From NCBI GenBank assembly GCA_015063485.1, contig SVUA01000007.1, forward strand, positions 4,980 to 68,979: a DNA stretch of 64,000 nucleotides. The letters are read 5' to 3'. Numbering within the stretch: the first letter of the stretch is position 1; each line of letters opens with the position of its first letter. This document shows, in pieces, positions 62,112 to 64,000 of this stretch. The position numbers and the translations under genes are program-made. The notes beneath the pieces were generated by a model that ran no database searches, was not told where the DNA came from, and saw only the letters and a list, made by a program, of their open reading frames with translations. This DNA comes from Oscillospiraceae bacterium (GTDB lineage: Bacteria > Bacillota > Clostridia > Oscillospirales > CAG-272).

Positions 62112-62333
62112 TCATTCGACCTCTATCATATCGGCGTCGTCCTTACGCAAGGACAATTCGTATCCGCGGACCATCAGTTCAATAGGATCTCCAAGAGGGG
62201 CTAATTTACGAACGTATATCTCAACTCCCTTTGTAATTCCCATGTCCATGATCCTTCGTCTTACAGGACCTTCACCGTGAACCTTGATAACTTTAACCGT
62301 ACTGCCTATTTTAGCGTTTTTTAAAGTGTTCAT
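62112..62333 (-). CDS. feoA: FeoA
   Basis: RRIMDMGI, APLGDPIE..VRGYELSLRK. Confidence 0.95.
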   Translation of the reverse strand: MNTLKNAKIGSTVKVIKVHGEGPVRRRIMDMGITKGVEIYVRKLAPLGDPIELMVRGYELSLRKDDADMIEVE

Positions 62334-62358
62334 GTCGGTCTCCTCATATGTAATCGAA

Positions 62359-62411
62359 GTTAGCCTGCGCTAACCGTAATATATTATAATATTTCAAGAA
62401 GATTTTGTCAA
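62359..62411 (-). promoter_or_regulatory. feoA sigmaA promoter with DtxR-type operator
   Basis: TTGACA (62406-62411)-17-TATAAT (62383-62388); GTTAGC-CTGC-GCTAAC at 62359-62374. Confidence 0.7.
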
Positions 62412-62573
62412 GCATTTTTTTGTCGATTTCTAATATTTGTGGATTCTTTTGTTAAATCGCCAAATATTCTTGCGTCAGATTATGCAATTTTTATAATATG
62501 CCTTGAAAAAGATCCAAAACTGTGATATACTGTATCTATAAGTAATAAAATCCTATTGAAACGGAGACAGATA

Positions 62574-62942
62574 ATGCACATTCAGGAATCCGGAGAAATG
62601 TATCTGGAAACTATATATAGATTGCTTCAGACCCAATCGCACGTCCGCGCCATTGACGTCGGAGAATATATGGGATATTCAAAACCCTCGGTAAGTCGCG
62701 CGATGGGACTTTTAAAAAAAGGCGAATATATATCGGTGGACAAGGACGGAAGCATAACGCTTACAGAAAGCGGCAAAGCGGTAGCGGAAAAGATATTTGA
62801 AAGGCATACTTTAATTACCGAAATGCTCGTACATCTCGGGGTAGATAAGGACACCGCCGCGGACGATGCCTGCAAGGTGGAACACGTTATCAGCGACGCA
62901 TCCTTTGAGGCGATAAAACGATACGTAGAATCCGATAAATAA
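62574..62942 (+). CDS. DtxR/MntR-family metal-dependent regulator
   Basis: ESGEMYLETI, SKPSVSRA, ERH, ACKVEHVIS. Confidence 0.9.
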   Translation: MHIQESGEMYLETIYRLLQTQSHVRAIDVGEYMGYSKPSVSRAMGLLKKGEYISVDKDGSITLTESGKAVAEKIFERHTLITEMLVHLGVDKDTAADDACKVEHVISDASFEAIKRYVESDK

Positions 62943-63112
62943 AATATGACCCGATACGTCAAAAGCATCGGAAAAAGAATGATCAAATAACATTGCTACA
63001 AAACAGATTTTTGACAAAGAGTCCCAAACGTAGGTTTCGGGCTCTTTGTCGTATTTACAGGATTATTGAAGTATGACATAATAGGATCGTAAAAACAAAA
63101 ACAGAGGTAATT

Positions 63113-63967
63113 ATGAAAACAGGATTGATATTAGAGGGCGGCGCGATGCGCGGAATGTTCACAGCAGGCGTAATCGACGTTATGATGGAAAACGGCATTA
63201 AATTTGACGGTGCTATCGGAGTATCGGCAGGCGCGGCTTTTGGTGTGAACTACAAGTCCGAACAAATCGGACGTGTGATTCGCTACAACACGAGATTCGT
63301 TCGTGATAAAAGATACTGCGGCTTGCGTGTGCTTATCAAAACCGGAAATATATATAGCACACAGTTTTGCTATGAGGAAGTTCCTCTGAAACACGATATC
63401 TTCGATTTTGAGGTTTTTGAAAAAAATCCTATGGAGTTTTATGTGGTCGCTACCGATGTTGAATCGGGAAAGGCTGTTTATCATAAATACGAAGGTCGTA
63501 ATGACCACTGCTTTGATTGGATCCGCGCATCTGCTTCTATGCCTATGGTTTCGCGGATCGTAGAGATCGAAGGTCAAAAAATGCTCGACGGCGGCATTTC
63601 CGACTCTATCCCCGTAAAGTTTTTCGAGAGCATTGGATATAATAGGAACATTGCCGTGTTGACACAATGCAAAGGCTTCGTAAAGAAGAAAAACGAGATA
63701 ATGCCGCTAATAAAGCTTAAGTATAGAAAATACCCCAAGCTTGTCGAAACAATGGCTGATCGTCATAAAGTTTACAACGAAACGCTGTCTTATATTGAAG
63801 AAAAAGAACGCAGCGGAGAGTTGCTCGTTATTCGTCCCGAGGAAGAATTACCCGTAATCAGAGTCGAAAAAGATCCGAAAAAATTGAAAGCAGCTTACGA
63901 GATCGGAAGAAAAACAGCACTAAAAAATCTAAATGAAATTACTTCCTTTCTTTCAAAGGAAAATTGA
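63113..63967 (+). CDS. Patatin-family phospholipase
   Basis: EGGAMRG, GVSAG, DGG. Confidence 0.9.
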   Translation: MKTGLILEGGAMRGMFTAGVIDVMMENGIKFDGAIGVSAGAAFGVNYKSEQIGRVIRYNTRFVRDKRYCGLRVLIKTGNIYSTQFCYEEVPLKHDIFDFEVFEKNPMEFYVVATDVESGKAVYHKYEGRNDHCFDWIRASASMPMVSRIVEIEGQKMLDGGISDSIPVKFFESIGYNRNIAVLTQCKGFVKKKNEIMPLIKLKYRKYPKLVETMADRHKVYNETLSYIEEKERSGELLVIRPEEELPVIRVEKDPKKLKAAYEIGRKTALKNLNEITSFLSKEN

Positions 63968-64000
63968 AACACGCTTAACGCACAGAGGGGCGACCACGAA

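Overview
Chromosomal window from a spore-forming Clostridia (Bacillota) genome, judged from the ribosomal proteins, sigK and spoVAF. Its core is a complete minus-strand S10-spc-alpha ribosomal protein cluster (19310-35126) with a structured S10 leader. Left of it lie an AraC-controlled orphan catabolic operon (AtuA-like/DUF4387/CapA-like/divergent Fe-S hydro-lyase), an sdpR-sdpI-ABC immunity operon, uraA-upp, a giant MacB-like ABC fusion and mntP. Right of it lie an IbrA/IbrB-like PAPS-reductase/ParB pair, spoVAF, an intact sigK, a DUF5685/J-domain operon, an orphan MazF with a sigmaF-like promoter, an Asp racemase/variant MurE cell-wall locus, DUF1538/PII, dat, a surface protein with a KKGCGSS C-terminal anchor, and a DtxR-boxed feoAB locus. 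I found no rRNA, tRNA, CRISPR array, transposase or phage genes. The best candidates for undescribed biology are the AtuA-DUF4387-CapA-hydro-lyase operon, the DUF5685 (DDxxD) plus Cys-tailed J-protein module, the putatively forespore-expressed orphan MazF, the Cys-containing C-terminal sorting signal, and a large insertion in uL4. All family assignments come from motif recognition by eye, not database searches.
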